Notes: a model not told the origin generated them from the letters alone. Shown: positions 12,238 to 20,761, counted from the first letter of the stretch. The stretch: DNA of 32,000 nucleotides from Desulfocapsa sulfexigens DSM 10523 (GCF_000341395.1 NC_020304.1:1230001-1262000), one strand, 5' to 3'. A program made the numbers and translations.

Positions 12238-13791
12238 ATGCCGAAGAAGAGGTTATCTATGCGAAAAATTAGAGAGGTACTACGACTCAAGTATGAACTT
12301 GGGCACAGTAACCGTGAAATTTCCCGTAGCTGCGGTATTGGCAGCAGCACGGTAAGTGACTATTTACAACGAACCAAAAGAGCAGATCTGGGTTGGCCCC
12401 TTCCTGACGACCTAAGCGACAGCAGCCTTGAACAAACCCTTTTCCCTCCACCGCCTCCACCGGGGACAAGCCGGCTAATTCCAGATTTCTCTGAGATCCA
12501 CAAAGAGCTCCAATCCAAACGAGGGGTTACCCTGAACCTGCTGTGGCAGGAATACAAAGAGCAGCATCCTGACGGCTACCAGTACAGCTGGTTCTGCCAT
12601 AGTTACCGGGATTGGGCCGGCAAGCTTGATCTGGTCATGCGCCATGAACACCGAGCCGGTGAGAAACTGTTTGTCGACTACGCAGGCCAAACCGTCGATG
12701 TCGTTGACCAACACACCGGAGAAATCACAAAGGCTCAGGTCTTTGTTGCGGTCCTTGGTGCCAGCAACTACACCTATGCTGAGGCCACTCCCAGCCAGAA
12801 GATTGAGGATTGGATCGGTTCACATGTCCGTACATTTGCTTTCCTGGGTGGGGTTCCGGAAGTTGTCGTTCCAGATAACCTGAAAAGTGGCGTCACAAAA
12901 GCCTGCCGTTACGAACCTGACCTTAATCCCACTTATCATGATCTGGCCCGACATTATCAAACCGTGGTGCTGCCTGCAAGGGTTAGAAAACCAAGGGACA
13001 AGGCCAAGGCTGAGGCCGGTGTATTGCTGGTGGAACGCTGGATTCTGGCAAAACTCCGTAAACATACTTTCTTCAACATTGACGATCTCAATCGCGAAAT
13101 AGGCAAACTCCTTGAGCAACTGAACAACAAGCCTTTCAAGAAGTTATCCGGCAGCCGTAAAAGTCGCTTTGAAGAACTGGACAAACCTGCCCTGAAACAA
13201 CTTCCAGCCAGCCCTTATGAATTATCCTACTGGAAAAAGGCCACTGTACATATCGACTATCATGTGGAGGTCGAGGGACATTACTATTCCGTTCCATATA
13301 ACCTGGTCAAAAAACAGATTGAGGTGCGCTATACCAAAAGCACGGTTGAGTGTTACTTTCGTGGTAAACGGGTGGCCAGTCACATCCGGGAGAATCAACG
13401 AGGGCACCACACTACCGTCAAAGAGCATATGCCTGTCAACCACCGAAAGTACATGGAGTGGAATCCGGACAGGTTCAAGCGCTGGGCTGCCAAGGTCGGG
13501 CCGGAGACACTCTGCCTCACAGAGACGCTTCTTGTAAAAAGAGCTCACCCACAACAGGCCTATCGCACTTTGCTGGGCATTCTCCGTCTTGGCAAAGCCT
13601 ATGGAGATTCACGCCTTGAGGCAGCATGCCATCGGGCCCTGCATATCAACGCCCTTTCTTACCGCTCAGTGGAATCCATACTCAAAAGCGGCCTTGATCA
13701 GAAGCCACTACCGAAGCCGGCTACAGAGGACAAGCCGGTTAATCACGCAAATATCCGTGGCTCTCAGTATTATTCTCCCTCAACCCACTAA
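12238..13791 (+). CDS. istA: IS21 family transposase IstA
   Basis: ORF 12214..13791, likely start ATG 12238 after GGAGGG. HTH MRKIREVLRLKYELGHSNREISRSCGIGSSTVSDYL and DDE core GEKLFVDYAGQTVDVVD...FVAVLGASNYTYAEAT. Confidence 0.95.
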   Translation: MPKKRLSMRKIREVLRLKYELGHSNREISRSCGIGSSTVSDYLQRTKRADLGWPLPDDLSDSSLEQTLFPPPPPPGTSRLIPDFSEIHKELQSKRGVTLNLLWQEYKEQHPDGYQYSWFCHSYRDWAGKLDLVMRHEHRAGEKLFVDYAGQTVDVVDQHTGEITKAQVFVAVLGASNYTYAEATPSQKIEDWIGSHVRTFAFLGGVPEVVVPDNLKSGVTKACRYEPDLNPTYHDLARHYQTVVLPARVRKPRDKAKAEAGVLLVERWILAKLRKHTFFNIDDLNREIGKLLEQLNNKPFKKLSGSRKSRFEELDKPALKQLPASPYELSYWKKATVHIDYHVEVEGHYYSVPYNLVKKQIEVRYTKSTVECYFRGKRVASHIRENQRGHHTTVKEHMPVNHRKYMEWNPDRFKRWAAKVGPETLCLTETLLVKRAHPQQAYRTLLGILRLGKAYGDSRLEAACHRALHINALSYRSVESILKSGLDQKPLPKPATEDKPVNHANIRGSQYYSPSTH

Positions 13792-13811
13792 AACAAAAAG
13801 GAAACGATAAA

Positions 13812-14549
13812 ATGCTTCTGCATCCAACACTTGAAAAACTCACAACTCTTCGATTCACCGGCATGGCCGCAGCACTCCAGGAACAGATGGACATGGACAC
13901 TGCAGATAACCTGGGTTTCGAAGAACGCCTCGGTCTGTTACTTGACCGCGAGCAGGCGGTCAGGGAAACCAGAAAACTTCAGACCAGACTCAGAAAGGCA
14001 AAGCTGCGGCAGGATGGCTCAATCGAGGATGTAGACTTCCGTCATCCGCGTGGTCTGGATAGGTCACTGGTAACCAGGCTGGCTGACTGCAACTGGATAA
14101 AGGAACATACCAATCTGCTTATTACCGGCCCCACTGGAGTCGGCAAATCCTATCTTGCCTGTGCCTTGGCCCAAAAGGCATGCAGAGAAGGCTATAGTGC
14201 TCTCTATCTCCGTCTGAGTAAACTCTTTGAAGATCTGGCTCTTGCCAAGGGGGATGGCCGTTATCTGAAGTTACTGACTGTCTATTCAAAAACAGATCTA
14301 TTGGTACTTGATGACTATGGACTGGCCACACTCAACCAGGAGCAACGCCATGATTTACTAGAAATACTGGAAGACAGACACGGCCTCAAATCTACCTTGG
14401 TAACCAGTCAATTACCGGTAGAGCACTGGCATGAGCGGATCGGAGATCCGACTTTAGCCGACGCCATTCTTGACCGTCTGGTACATGCCGCTCACAAAAT
14501 CAAACTGAAAGGAGAATCTATGAGAAAAAAGAAAGCACGCTTGACGTGA
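13812..14549 (+). CDS. istB: IS21-like element helper ATPase IstB
   Basis: Walker A LLITGPTGVGKSYLACALAQKAC, YLRLSKLFEDLALAKGDGRY, LLVLDDYGLATLNQEQRHDLLEILEDRHGLKSTLVTSQLPVEHWH. Confidence 0.96.
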   Translation: MLLHPTLEKLTTLRFTGMAAALQEQMDMDTADNLGFEERLGLLLDREQAVRETRKLQTRLRKAKLRQDGSIEDVDFRHPRGLDRSLVTRLADCNWIKEHTNLLITGPTGVGKSYLACALAQKACREGYSALYLRLSKLFEDLALAKGDGRYLKLLTVYSKTDLLVLDDYGLATLNQEQRHDLLEILEDRHGLKSTLVTSQLPVEHWHERIGDPTLADAILDRLVHAAHKIKLKGESMRKKKARLT

Positions 14550-14601
14550 GAGCAACACACAGAGTAAGAAGGAAATATTCGCGTCGCTACGCTCCGACAC
14601 C

Positions 14602-14695
14602 CTGGCCGGAATCCTCTGGACTGGGTGGCCGCTTTGCCGTGGAATTACTGGCCGGAATCAAGTGGACTGGGTGGCCGGATTCACTGGAATACGCA
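14602..14695 (-). repeat. Right-end multiple terminal repeats of the IS21-family element
   Basis: Read on minus: TGCGTATTCCAGTGAATCC, GGCCACCCAGTCCACTTGATTCC, GGCCAGTAATTCCACGGCAAAGC, GGCCACCCAGTCCAGAGGATTCC. Same 23-bp period as the left end. Confidence 0.85.
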
Positions 14696-14792
14696 CATTT
14701 GATTGTTTCAGACTATGCTGAATATGTGCTACAAAATCACCAACCGAGGTACCACTTCCTAAAGGTATCATGGTTAATTGCATTAATGCCAT
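14696..14792 (-). pseudogene. 5' part of MTH1187-family thiamine-binding protein gene
   Basis: AGGAGG then ATG at 14792: MALMQLTMIPLGSGTSVGDFVAHIQHSLKQSN. It joins in frame to the 11811..12045 piece when the IS and one CATTT are removed. Confidence 0.85.
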
Positions 14793-14828
14793 TGGTACCC
14801 TCCTGTTTTTAAATGATAAAACGTTGAA

Positions 14829-15701
14829 CTAAATATCTTCACCAGCAATAAGTGCGACCAGCCTTTCCAGGTCATCCAGGGAATAGTATTCAATTTCCAG
14901 TTTCCCGCGACTTCCATTTTGTTGCAGTTGAACTTTAGAGTGGAGTTTATTGGTTACCCTGTTGATCAAAGTCTGCGAAAACTGGTCAGGGATTGATATG
15001 TTTTTTTGGGTCCTGATGGTCCTGTTGTTTGTGTTTTCCAGTTTCATGCGTGAGGTCAGTTTTTCAGTTTGCCTTACTGATAATCCCTTAGCGACGACCT
15101 GGTCTCTTGCTGCTTTCATGGCCGTTGTATCATCAGACAATCGTAAGATCGCCCTTGCATGTCCCTCAGATAGTTTTTTTTCCGCTATATCTAGTTGAAT
15201 AAAATCAGGTAGTTGTAGTAACCTTAAGCGATTTGTTACAGTCGATCTTTTTTTTCCTACCTTTGACGCAGTTTCCTCTTGGGTATATGAAAAGAGTTTT
15301 ATTAATTTTTCGTATGCGAGGGCCTCTTCAATTGGGTTTAGGTCCTGTCTCTGGACGTTTTCAATAAGAGCGAGTTCTAACAACTCGTCATCCCCTCCAA
15401 TTTCTCTCACAACGACTGGTACCTCTTTTAGCCCTATGAGCTTCGAGGCCCTTAACCTTCTTTCTCCTGCTATTAATCCGTAAGTTCCGTTGTTTTTTGG
15501 AATAACAACCAGGGGTTGTATAATGCCCTTCTCCCTGATGGATTCCGCTAGCTCGTTGAGCTTGTCTTTGTCAAAATGAGTTCTTGGTTGAAAACTGTTG
15601 GCAATTATTTTATCAACATCACACGAAAAATATTTCTCCTCATCCTCTTCTTGATTGAAAAGGAGGTTTACCCCTTTTCCTAGTCCTTTCATTTTTGTCA
15701 T
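14829..15701 (-). CDS. parB: Chromosome partitioning protein ParB/Spo0J
   Basis: NSFQPRTHFDKDKLNELAESIREKGIIQPLVV, YGLIAGERRLRASKLIGLKEVPVVV, ELALIENVQRQDLNPIEEALAYEKL, SEGHARAIL. Confidence 0.96.
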   Translation of the reverse strand: MTKMKGLGKGVNLLFNQEEDEEKYFSCDVDKIIANSFQPRTHFDKDKLNELAESIREKGIIQPLVVIPKNNGTYGLIAGERRLRASKLIGLKEVPVVVREIGGDDELLELALIENVQRQDLNPIEEALAYEKLIKLFSYTQEETASKVGKKRSTVTNRLRLLQLPDFIQLDIAEKKLSEGHARAILRLSDDTTAMKAARDQVVAKGLSVRQTEKLTSRMKLENTNNRTIRTQKNISIPDQFSQTLINRVTNKLHSKVQLQQNGSRGKLEIEYYSLDDLERLVALIAGEDI

Positions 15702-15710
15702 ATCAACACC

Positions 15711-16484
15711 TTAATTTTGTTTCTTTAGAAATTCATTTGCCAGTTTGATGTATGCCTGAGCACCTGTGGATTTGACATCATATTCGATAACAGACAAACC
15801 GTGACTCGGACATTCACTCAAACGAACATTTCTAGGAATCACTGTTCGGAACACCTGGTCTTTGAAGTGCTTTTTTAACTCATCTTCTACTTGAAATGTC
15901 AATTTGTTTCTTTTGTCAAACATGGTTAAGAGCAGGCCCTCGATATAGAGGTTTTTGTTTAGTGATTTTTTCACCGACCGTATGGTACTCACCAGTTGTG
16001 ATAGCCCTTCTAGTGCGAAATATTCACACTGCATGGGAATTAAAACAGAATCTGCGGCTGTAAGACTGTTGACTGTCAACAGGCCCAGGGACGGAGGGCA
16101 GTCGATAAGGATAAAATCGTATTCTTCTCGCAATGGCTCAAGCATTGTTTTTAGTACATACTCTCGTTTCTCTATTGGAAAGAGCTCCATTTCAGCAGCA
16201 GACAAATCAATACCCGATGGTAAAATTGTTAAGTTCCTTTTTTTGTTTGGTGTGATAAGGACAGTTTTTACCGGGATGTCTTGGGTGTAACAGTGGTACA
16301 ATTGTGACTTGCAGTCACTCTGGCGAACTCCGTAACCCGATGTCGCATTACCTTGTGGGTCCGAATCCACAAGAAGGATTTTCTTTTTTTTTCGCTCAAG
16401 TGCAGCAGCAAGACTAACAGCCGAGGTTGTTTTTCCAACCCCACCTTTTTGGTTGGCAATAGCGATGATTTTTCCAGGACTCAT
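15711..16484 (-). CDS. parA: Chromosome partitioning ATPase ParA/Soj
   Basis: KIIAIANQKGGVGKTTSAVSLAAAL, DSDPQGNATSGYG, YDFILIDCPPSLGLLTVNSLTAADSVLIPMQCEYFALEGLSQL. ORF extends to 16559, but MSPGKIIAIANQKGG at 16484 fits family starts. Confidence 0.96.
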   Translation of the reverse strand: MSPGKIIAIANQKGGVGKTTSAVSLAAALERKKKKILLVDSDPQGNATSGYGVRQSDCKSQLYHCYTQDIPVKTVLITPNKKRNLTILPSGIDLSAAEMELFPIEKREYVLKTMLEPLREEYDFILIDCPPSLGLLTVNSLTAADSVLIPMQCEYFALEGLSQLVSTIRSVKKSLNKNLYIEGLLLTMFDKRNKLTFQVEDELKKHFKDQVFRTVIPRNVRLSECPSHGLSVIEYDVKSTGAQAYIKLANEFLKKQN

Positions 16485-16688
16485 GTTTTTCACTCTCTTT
16501 GTTTTTAATCTCACTAAAAAGTACAACTTCTTCTCTTTTTTATCCCACTTTTCCTTCAATCACAATCTAATTACTCAATACTGTCTGCTTTTGTTTTGTT
16601 TTTTTTGTTTTTTACCACAAGGTGTGCCTATTTCTTGCCTTTGTTTTTGCTTAGGTATAAGTTGCTTGTGAGTCGGTTACTATTTCAA

Positions 16689-16704
16689 TGTTTCACGTGA
16701 AACA
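16689..16704. promoter_or_regulatory. parS: parS centromere-like site
   Basis: Perfect 16-bp palindrome TGTTTCACGTGAAACA, matching the known parS consensus TGTTNCACGTGAAACA, located next to parAB. Confidence 0.95.
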
Positions 16705-16720
16705 TTAAGTGAGGGGATTT

Positions 16721-18370
16721 ATGGAAAGTGATTTTTTGGTGATAGGTAGCGGTATAGCGGGGCTTTCGTATGCTTTACGGTGTGCTGAGTTGGGTAGTGT
16801 GGTTGTTGTTACAAAGAAGAAGGATATTGACACGGCAACTAACCTGGCTCAGGGGGGCATTGCTGTGGTGTTGGAGGCTGAGGATAGTTATGAGTCCCAC
16901 GTAAAGGATACCCTGGAGTCTGGGGCCGGGTTGTGCGATGAGAGTGTGGTTAGGATGGTGGTAGAAGATGGTCCGGCGAGGGTTGCTGATTTGGTAAGGA
17001 TGGGTGTTGATTTTGTAAGGGATGAAGGAAGTTCCTCGGGGTACTCTCTTGGAATGGAGGGAGGGCATAGTTGTAGGAGGGTTGCTCATGCAAATGATCT
17101 GACGGGTAGGGAGATAGAACGGGCTTTGTTGAATGTGGTTCGTAACCATAAGAGGATTGAACTTATGGAGGAGCACATGGTTGTAGATTTGTTAATGGTT
17201 GCAGGTGGTGTCCCTGGTTGGGGAGAGGTTGATTCTGGAGAGCGTTGTGTCGGGGCGTATGTGTTGGTTGATGGGCAGGTTGAGGCTTATCGTGCTAAAT
17301 TGACAGCTATATGTAGTGGTGGGGTTGGGAAGGTGTATCTTTATACAACGAACCCGGATATTGCAACTGGTGATGGTATTGCTATGGCTTTTAGGGCTGG
17401 GGCTGAAATTGAGAATATGGAATTTGTACAGTTTCACCCTACGTGCTTGTATCATCCAGAAGAGAAGAATTTTTTGATTTCGGAGGCGGTTAGGGGCGAA
17501 GGTGGAGTGTTGATTGGTGTGGATGGTGTTCCTTTTATGAAAAAATATGATTCAAGGGAAGACTTGGCAACCAGGGATACGGTTGCTCGTGCAATTGATA
17601 GAGAAATGAAGGAAACAGGTGAAGATTGTGTGTTTTTAGATATCACCCACAGGGATCCTGTGTTTGTGAAAAAAAGATTTCCTACAATTTATGACAGGTG
17701 TTTGTCGCGAGGTATAGATATAACAAAACAGCCAATTCCAGTGGTACCAGCTGCACATTATATGTGCGGAGGAATTCGTACTGATAAGTATGCGAGAACA
17801 ACTGTAGCTGGTTTGATGGCCCTGGGTGAGAGTGCTTGTACGGGGTTGCATGGTGGTAATAGGTTGGCAAGTAATAGTTTGCTTGAGGCAGTGGTTTTCG
17901 CAAATAGGGCAGCGGTGTTTTGTGAAAAAAATTGGAAAGAATTACAAAATATAGATATTCCAATTATTGATTTATGGAAGAGCGGAGATGCAAAGGAATT
18001 AGGTGAGGAAATCTTAATAAATCATAATTGGGATTCTATAAGAAGAGTAATGTGGAATTATGTGGGTATTGTTAGGTCTATGAAAAGATTGGAGCTCGCT
18101 AAGAAGCGTATGGAGTTTATATATTCAGAAATTGAGGAACATTACCAGGAGTATTTTGTCACTCCAAATATGGTTGAGTTGCGCAATATCTCACTGATAT
18201 CATTATTGATTATACAATCTGCCTTGTCGAGGAAGGAATCTCGTGGGTTACATTATGTGATAGATTTTCCAAACAAATTCAAACATTCTAATGCTACGCT
18301 CTTTCGTAGGAAAGGTAATAGAAACAGCTGGGAATTTGAGTTAATAGGGGGTGTGGAAGGTGAAGAATAA
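16721..18370 (+). CDS. nadB: L-aspartate oxidase
   Basis: DFLVIGSGIAGLSYALRCAELG, ATNLAQGGIAVV, FVQFHPTCLYHP, FLISEAVRGEGGVLI, PVVPAAHYMCGGIRTD, GLMALGESACTGLHGGNRLASNSLLEAVVFA. Confidence 0.95.
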   Translation: MESDFLVIGSGIAGLSYALRCAELGSVVVVTKKKDIDTATNLAQGGIAVVLEAEDSYESHVKDTLESGAGLCDESVVRMVVEDGPARVADLVRMGVDFVRDEGSSSGYSLGMEGGHSCRRVAHANDLTGREIERALLNVVRNHKRIELMEEHMVVDLLMVAGGVPGWGEVDSGERCVGAYVLVDGQVEAYRAKLTAICSGGVGKVYLYTTNPDIATGDGIAMAFRAGAEIENMEFVQFHPTCLYHPEEKNFLISEAVRGEGGVLIGVDGVPFMKKYDSREDLATRDTVARAIDREMKETGEDCVFLDITHRDPVFVKKRFPTIYDRCLSRGIDITKQPIPVVPAAHYMCGGIRTDKYARTTVAGLMALGESACTGLHGGNRLASNSLLEAVVFANRAAVFCEKNWKELQNIDIPIIDLWKSGDAKELGEEILINHNWDSIRRVMWNYVGIVRSMKRLELAKKRMEFIYSEIEEHYQEYFVTPNMVELRNISLISLLIIQSALSRKESRGLHYVIDFPNKFKHSNATLFRRKGNRNSWEFELIGGVEGEE

Positions 18371-18941
18371 ACAATTTGTTATTTCGGTTATGTCTAAAGA
18401 TCGCCCAGGAATAATATCCGATGTTACTACTGTGATTTATGATTTAGGAGGAGATTTGGCGGGCCTTAACCAATCTGTACTGGGAGGGTATTTTACTATG
18501 ATACTAATGGTGGAGTTTCCTGAAGGGGTAACCGTTGAAACACTGATGAAAACGTTTTCAGCTATTGGTACTGAACCAGCCATTGAAGCCATCATAAAAG
18601 AAGTGGATGGTGTTTATATGTATGATAACAGGGTCTTACCTGGTGAAACCTATGTGGTAACGGCACAGGGGGGAAACCGAAAAGGATTGGTTAAGCTCCT
18701 GGGAGATTTTTTTTATGCACGAGCAATTAACGTTTTGGATTTGGTGACTGCGAGGCGTGATGAATTGTATACAATGATATTTCAGGTTGATTTAAGTCAT
18801 ATTGAGTCAATGAATAAATTGAGGAAGGAGTTGGTTTTACTTGCAGGCAAGGAAAATTTGGATGTCGTGTTACAGCACAATGATATTTACATGGCTACTA
18901 ATGAAGTAGGATTGCCTCTTGACGCAATTATAGGAGGCTAA
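18360..18941 (+). CDS. ACT domain-containing regulatory protein (GcvR-like)
   Basis: VISVMSKDRPGIISDVTTVIYDLGGDLAGLNQSVLGGYFTMILMVEFP and a second ACT-like segment VTAQGGNRKGLVKLLGDFFYARAINVLDLVT. GTG at 18351 or 18360, overlapping the nadB end. Confidence 0.8.
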   Translation: MKNKQFVISVMSKDRPGIISDVTTVIYDLGGDLAGLNQSVLGGYFTMILMVEFPEGVTVETLMKTFSAIGTEPAIEAIIKEVDGVYMYDNRVLPGETYVVTAQGGNRKGLVKLLGDFFYARAINVLDLVTARRDELYTMIFQVDLSHIESMNKLRKELVLLAGKENLDVVLQHNDIYMATNEVGLPLDAIIGG

Positions 18942-18950
18942 GGAGAAAAA

Positions 18951-20330
18951 ATGCTACGCTCAGACCAGATAATGGCTACGGTTGAAATGGTGCAGAAAGA
19001 GAACCTTGATGTAAGGACTGTGACCATGGGGATAAATCTTCTGGATTGCCGTGTAGGAACGGTAAAAGGTACATGTGAAAAGGTAGAGGAAAAGATTGCC
19101 AGGTGTGCGGAAAAATTTGTGGTAAAATGTGATGAGGTTTCTGTGAAATATGGCGTTCCTGTCATTAACAAGCGTATTTCGGTAACTCCGGCAGCGTTGG
19201 TTGGATCAGGCTTTAAAACCAATGATTTTGTGCAACTGGCAAAGAGTCTTGATACGGCCGCAGAAAATGTTGGTGTTGATATCTTAGGTGGTTTTACAGC
19301 ACATGTTGAAAAAGGTATGACGAATAGCGATAGGGCTTTTATTGGAGCAATTCCTAAAGCCCTGGCTCTAACCAAAAGGGTTTGTGCTTCTATAAATGTT
19401 GGTTCCAGTCATAAGGGGATTAATATGGATGCTGTTGCAATGATAGGAAATACAATAAAACTGTTAGCGGAGGCGACGGCAGATAGTGGCGGTTTTGGCG
19501 CTGCGAAGTTTGTTGTTTTTTGTAATCAGCCTGGAGACAATCCATTTATGGCTGGTGCTATTCATGGTGTGGAGGAAGCTGATGTTGTTCTGAATGTTGG
19601 GGTTTCGGGTCCAGGGGTCATTGCCAGATCATTGGAAAGAACCATTAACAGGCGCGGAAGAGATAACATGAAGTTGGATGACATTGCAGAAGAAATCAAA
19701 CAGATCACTTTCAGGGTAACAAGATGCGGTGAGTTGATTGGTCGACAGGTATCGAAGGAGTTAGGGGTAGAGTTTGGAGTGGTGGATCTGTCACTTGCTC
19801 CAACACCAAAGATAGGCGATTCGGTGGGCGAGATACTGCAGATACTTGGGGTAGATGATGTGGGGGCGCCAGGAACTACGGCAATTGTTGCGTTGTTAAA
19901 TGATGCAGTAAAGAAAGGTGGGATTTTTGCATCAAAGGCCGTGGGGGGATTAAGTGGTGCCTTTGTTCCAGTGATGGAAGATGCAGTTCTGGCGGAGGCG
20001 GTTGCTAAAGGGGCTTTAACAATTGAAAAACTCGAATCTCTCACCTGTGTTTGTTCAGTGGGGCTTGATATGGTACCAATCCCAGGTGATGTTGATGCAG
20101 CAACGATTTCAGCAATAATTGCAGATGAAATGGCAATTGGAATGATAAATAATAAAACGACAGCGGCGAGACTTATTCCGGTCCCAGGCAAAAAGGCTGG
20201 TGAAATTGTGAATTTTGGGGGATTGTTTGGAACGAGCCCTATTATGGAAGTTAGAAATGTGAACAAATCAGCAAGGTTTATAGCGTGGGGGGGGAGGATC
20301 CCAGCACCTATTCATAGTTTTAAAAATTAG
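18951..20330 (+). CDS. UPF0210/DUF711 (PFL family) protein
   Basis: VTMGINLLDC, FVQLAKSLDTAAENVGVDILGGFTAHVEKGMT, RVCASINVGSSHKGINMDAVAMIG, VVFCNQPGDNPFMAGAIHGVEEADVVLNVGVSGPGV. Immediately downstream of the ACT-domain gene, an arrangement I recall for this family. Confidence 0.88.
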   Translation: MLRSDQIMATVEMVQKENLDVRTVTMGINLLDCRVGTVKGTCEKVEEKIARCAEKFVVKCDEVSVKYGVPVINKRISVTPAALVGSGFKTNDFVQLAKSLDTAAENVGVDILGGFTAHVEKGMTNSDRAFIGAIPKALALTKRVCASINVGSSHKGINMDAVAMIGNTIKLLAEATADSGGFGAAKFVVFCNQPGDNPFMAGAIHGVEEADVVLNVGVSGPGVIARSLERTINRRGRDNMKLDDIAEEIKQITFRVTRCGELIGRQVSKELGVEFGVVDLSLAPTPKIGDSVGEILQILGVDDVGAPGTTAIVALLNDAVKKGGIFASKAVGGLSGAFVPVMEDAVLAEAVAKGALTIEKLESLTCVCSVGLDMVPIPGDVDAATISAIIADEMAIGMINNKTTAARLIPVPGKKAGEIVNFGGLFGTSPIMEVRNVNKSARFIAWGGRIPAPIHSFKN

Positions 20331-20345
20331 AATAGTAAAAAAAGA

Positions 20346-20382
20346 AAAAGGCCCTTGAAAATATTTTCAAGGACCTTTTTTG
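20346..20382. terminator. Bidirectional terminator between UPF0210 gene and tRNA genes
   Basis: AAAAAGGcCCTTGAAAAT/ATTTTCAAGGaCCTTTTTT: perfect 10-bp core with flanking A and T tracts. Confidence 0.85.
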
Positions 20383-20384
20383 TA

Positions 20385-20462
20385 TGGCGTCCCCAGTCGG
20401 ATTTGAACCGGCGTTGCTGGGATGAAAACCCAGTGTCCTGGACCTGACTAGACGATGGGGAC
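20385..20462 (-). tRNA. tRNA-Glu (anticodon TTC), CCA encoded
   Basis: Minus strand GTCCCCATCGTCTAGTCAGG...CTGGGTTTTCATCCCAG...GGTTCAAATCCG...TGGGGACGCCA. Confidence 0.94.
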
Positions 20463-20476
20463 AAATGTATATATGT

Positions 20477-20552
20477 TGGTGGGTCGTGTGCGACTCGAAC
20501 GCACGACTCTCTGCTTAAAAGGCAGATACTCTACCGACTGAGTTAACGACCC
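20477..20552 (-). tRNA. tRNA-Lys (anticodon TTT), CCA encoded
   Basis: Minus strand GGGTCGTTAACTCAGTCGGTAGAGTATCTGCCTTTTAAGCAGAGAGTCGTGCGTTCGAGTCGCACACGACCCACCA. Confidence 0.96.
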
Positions 20553-20761
20553 GTGGAGCAAGCCTTTATACAAAGTACTTTTTCTTGTGTCAAGAAAAAA
20601 GTATATTTGTTTTTTATCATGAGCATATTTAAATCGTCAAGAATTAGTTAATATCTTTTTCAGTTTTGAGAGAGAAAGTCACGAGAAATATGGTGTGACC
20701 CAGATAATGGAATAGGGTATGATGTGAGGAATTTTGATGGAATTTTATAAGGGAGAACAGA

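Larger units (their letters stand above)
12046..14695 (+). mobile_element. Complete IS21-family insertion sequence
   Basis: Carries istA and istB. Termini TGCATATTCCAG.../...CTGGAATACGCA form imperfect inverted repeats, with several 23-bp repeats at each end and flanking CATTT duplications. Confidence 0.95.

Noticed and set aside
12041-14700. Possible cargo or accessory defence gene carried by the transposon
   Set aside because: Only istA and istB plus terminal repeats are present; the other ORFs are antisense or in alternative frames.
14546-14812. 88-aa + strand ORF MRATHRVRRKYSRRYAPTPWPESSG...
   Set aside because: It runs across the IS21 right-end repeats and the antisense side of the interrupted gene, so it is an artefact of the insertion.
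16485-16688. oriC with DnaA boxes in the parA/nadB intergenic region
   Set aside because: Only loose matches such as TTTACCACA and TTATCCCAC were seen, with no clear cluster. Retained only as a skew-based hypothesis in findings.
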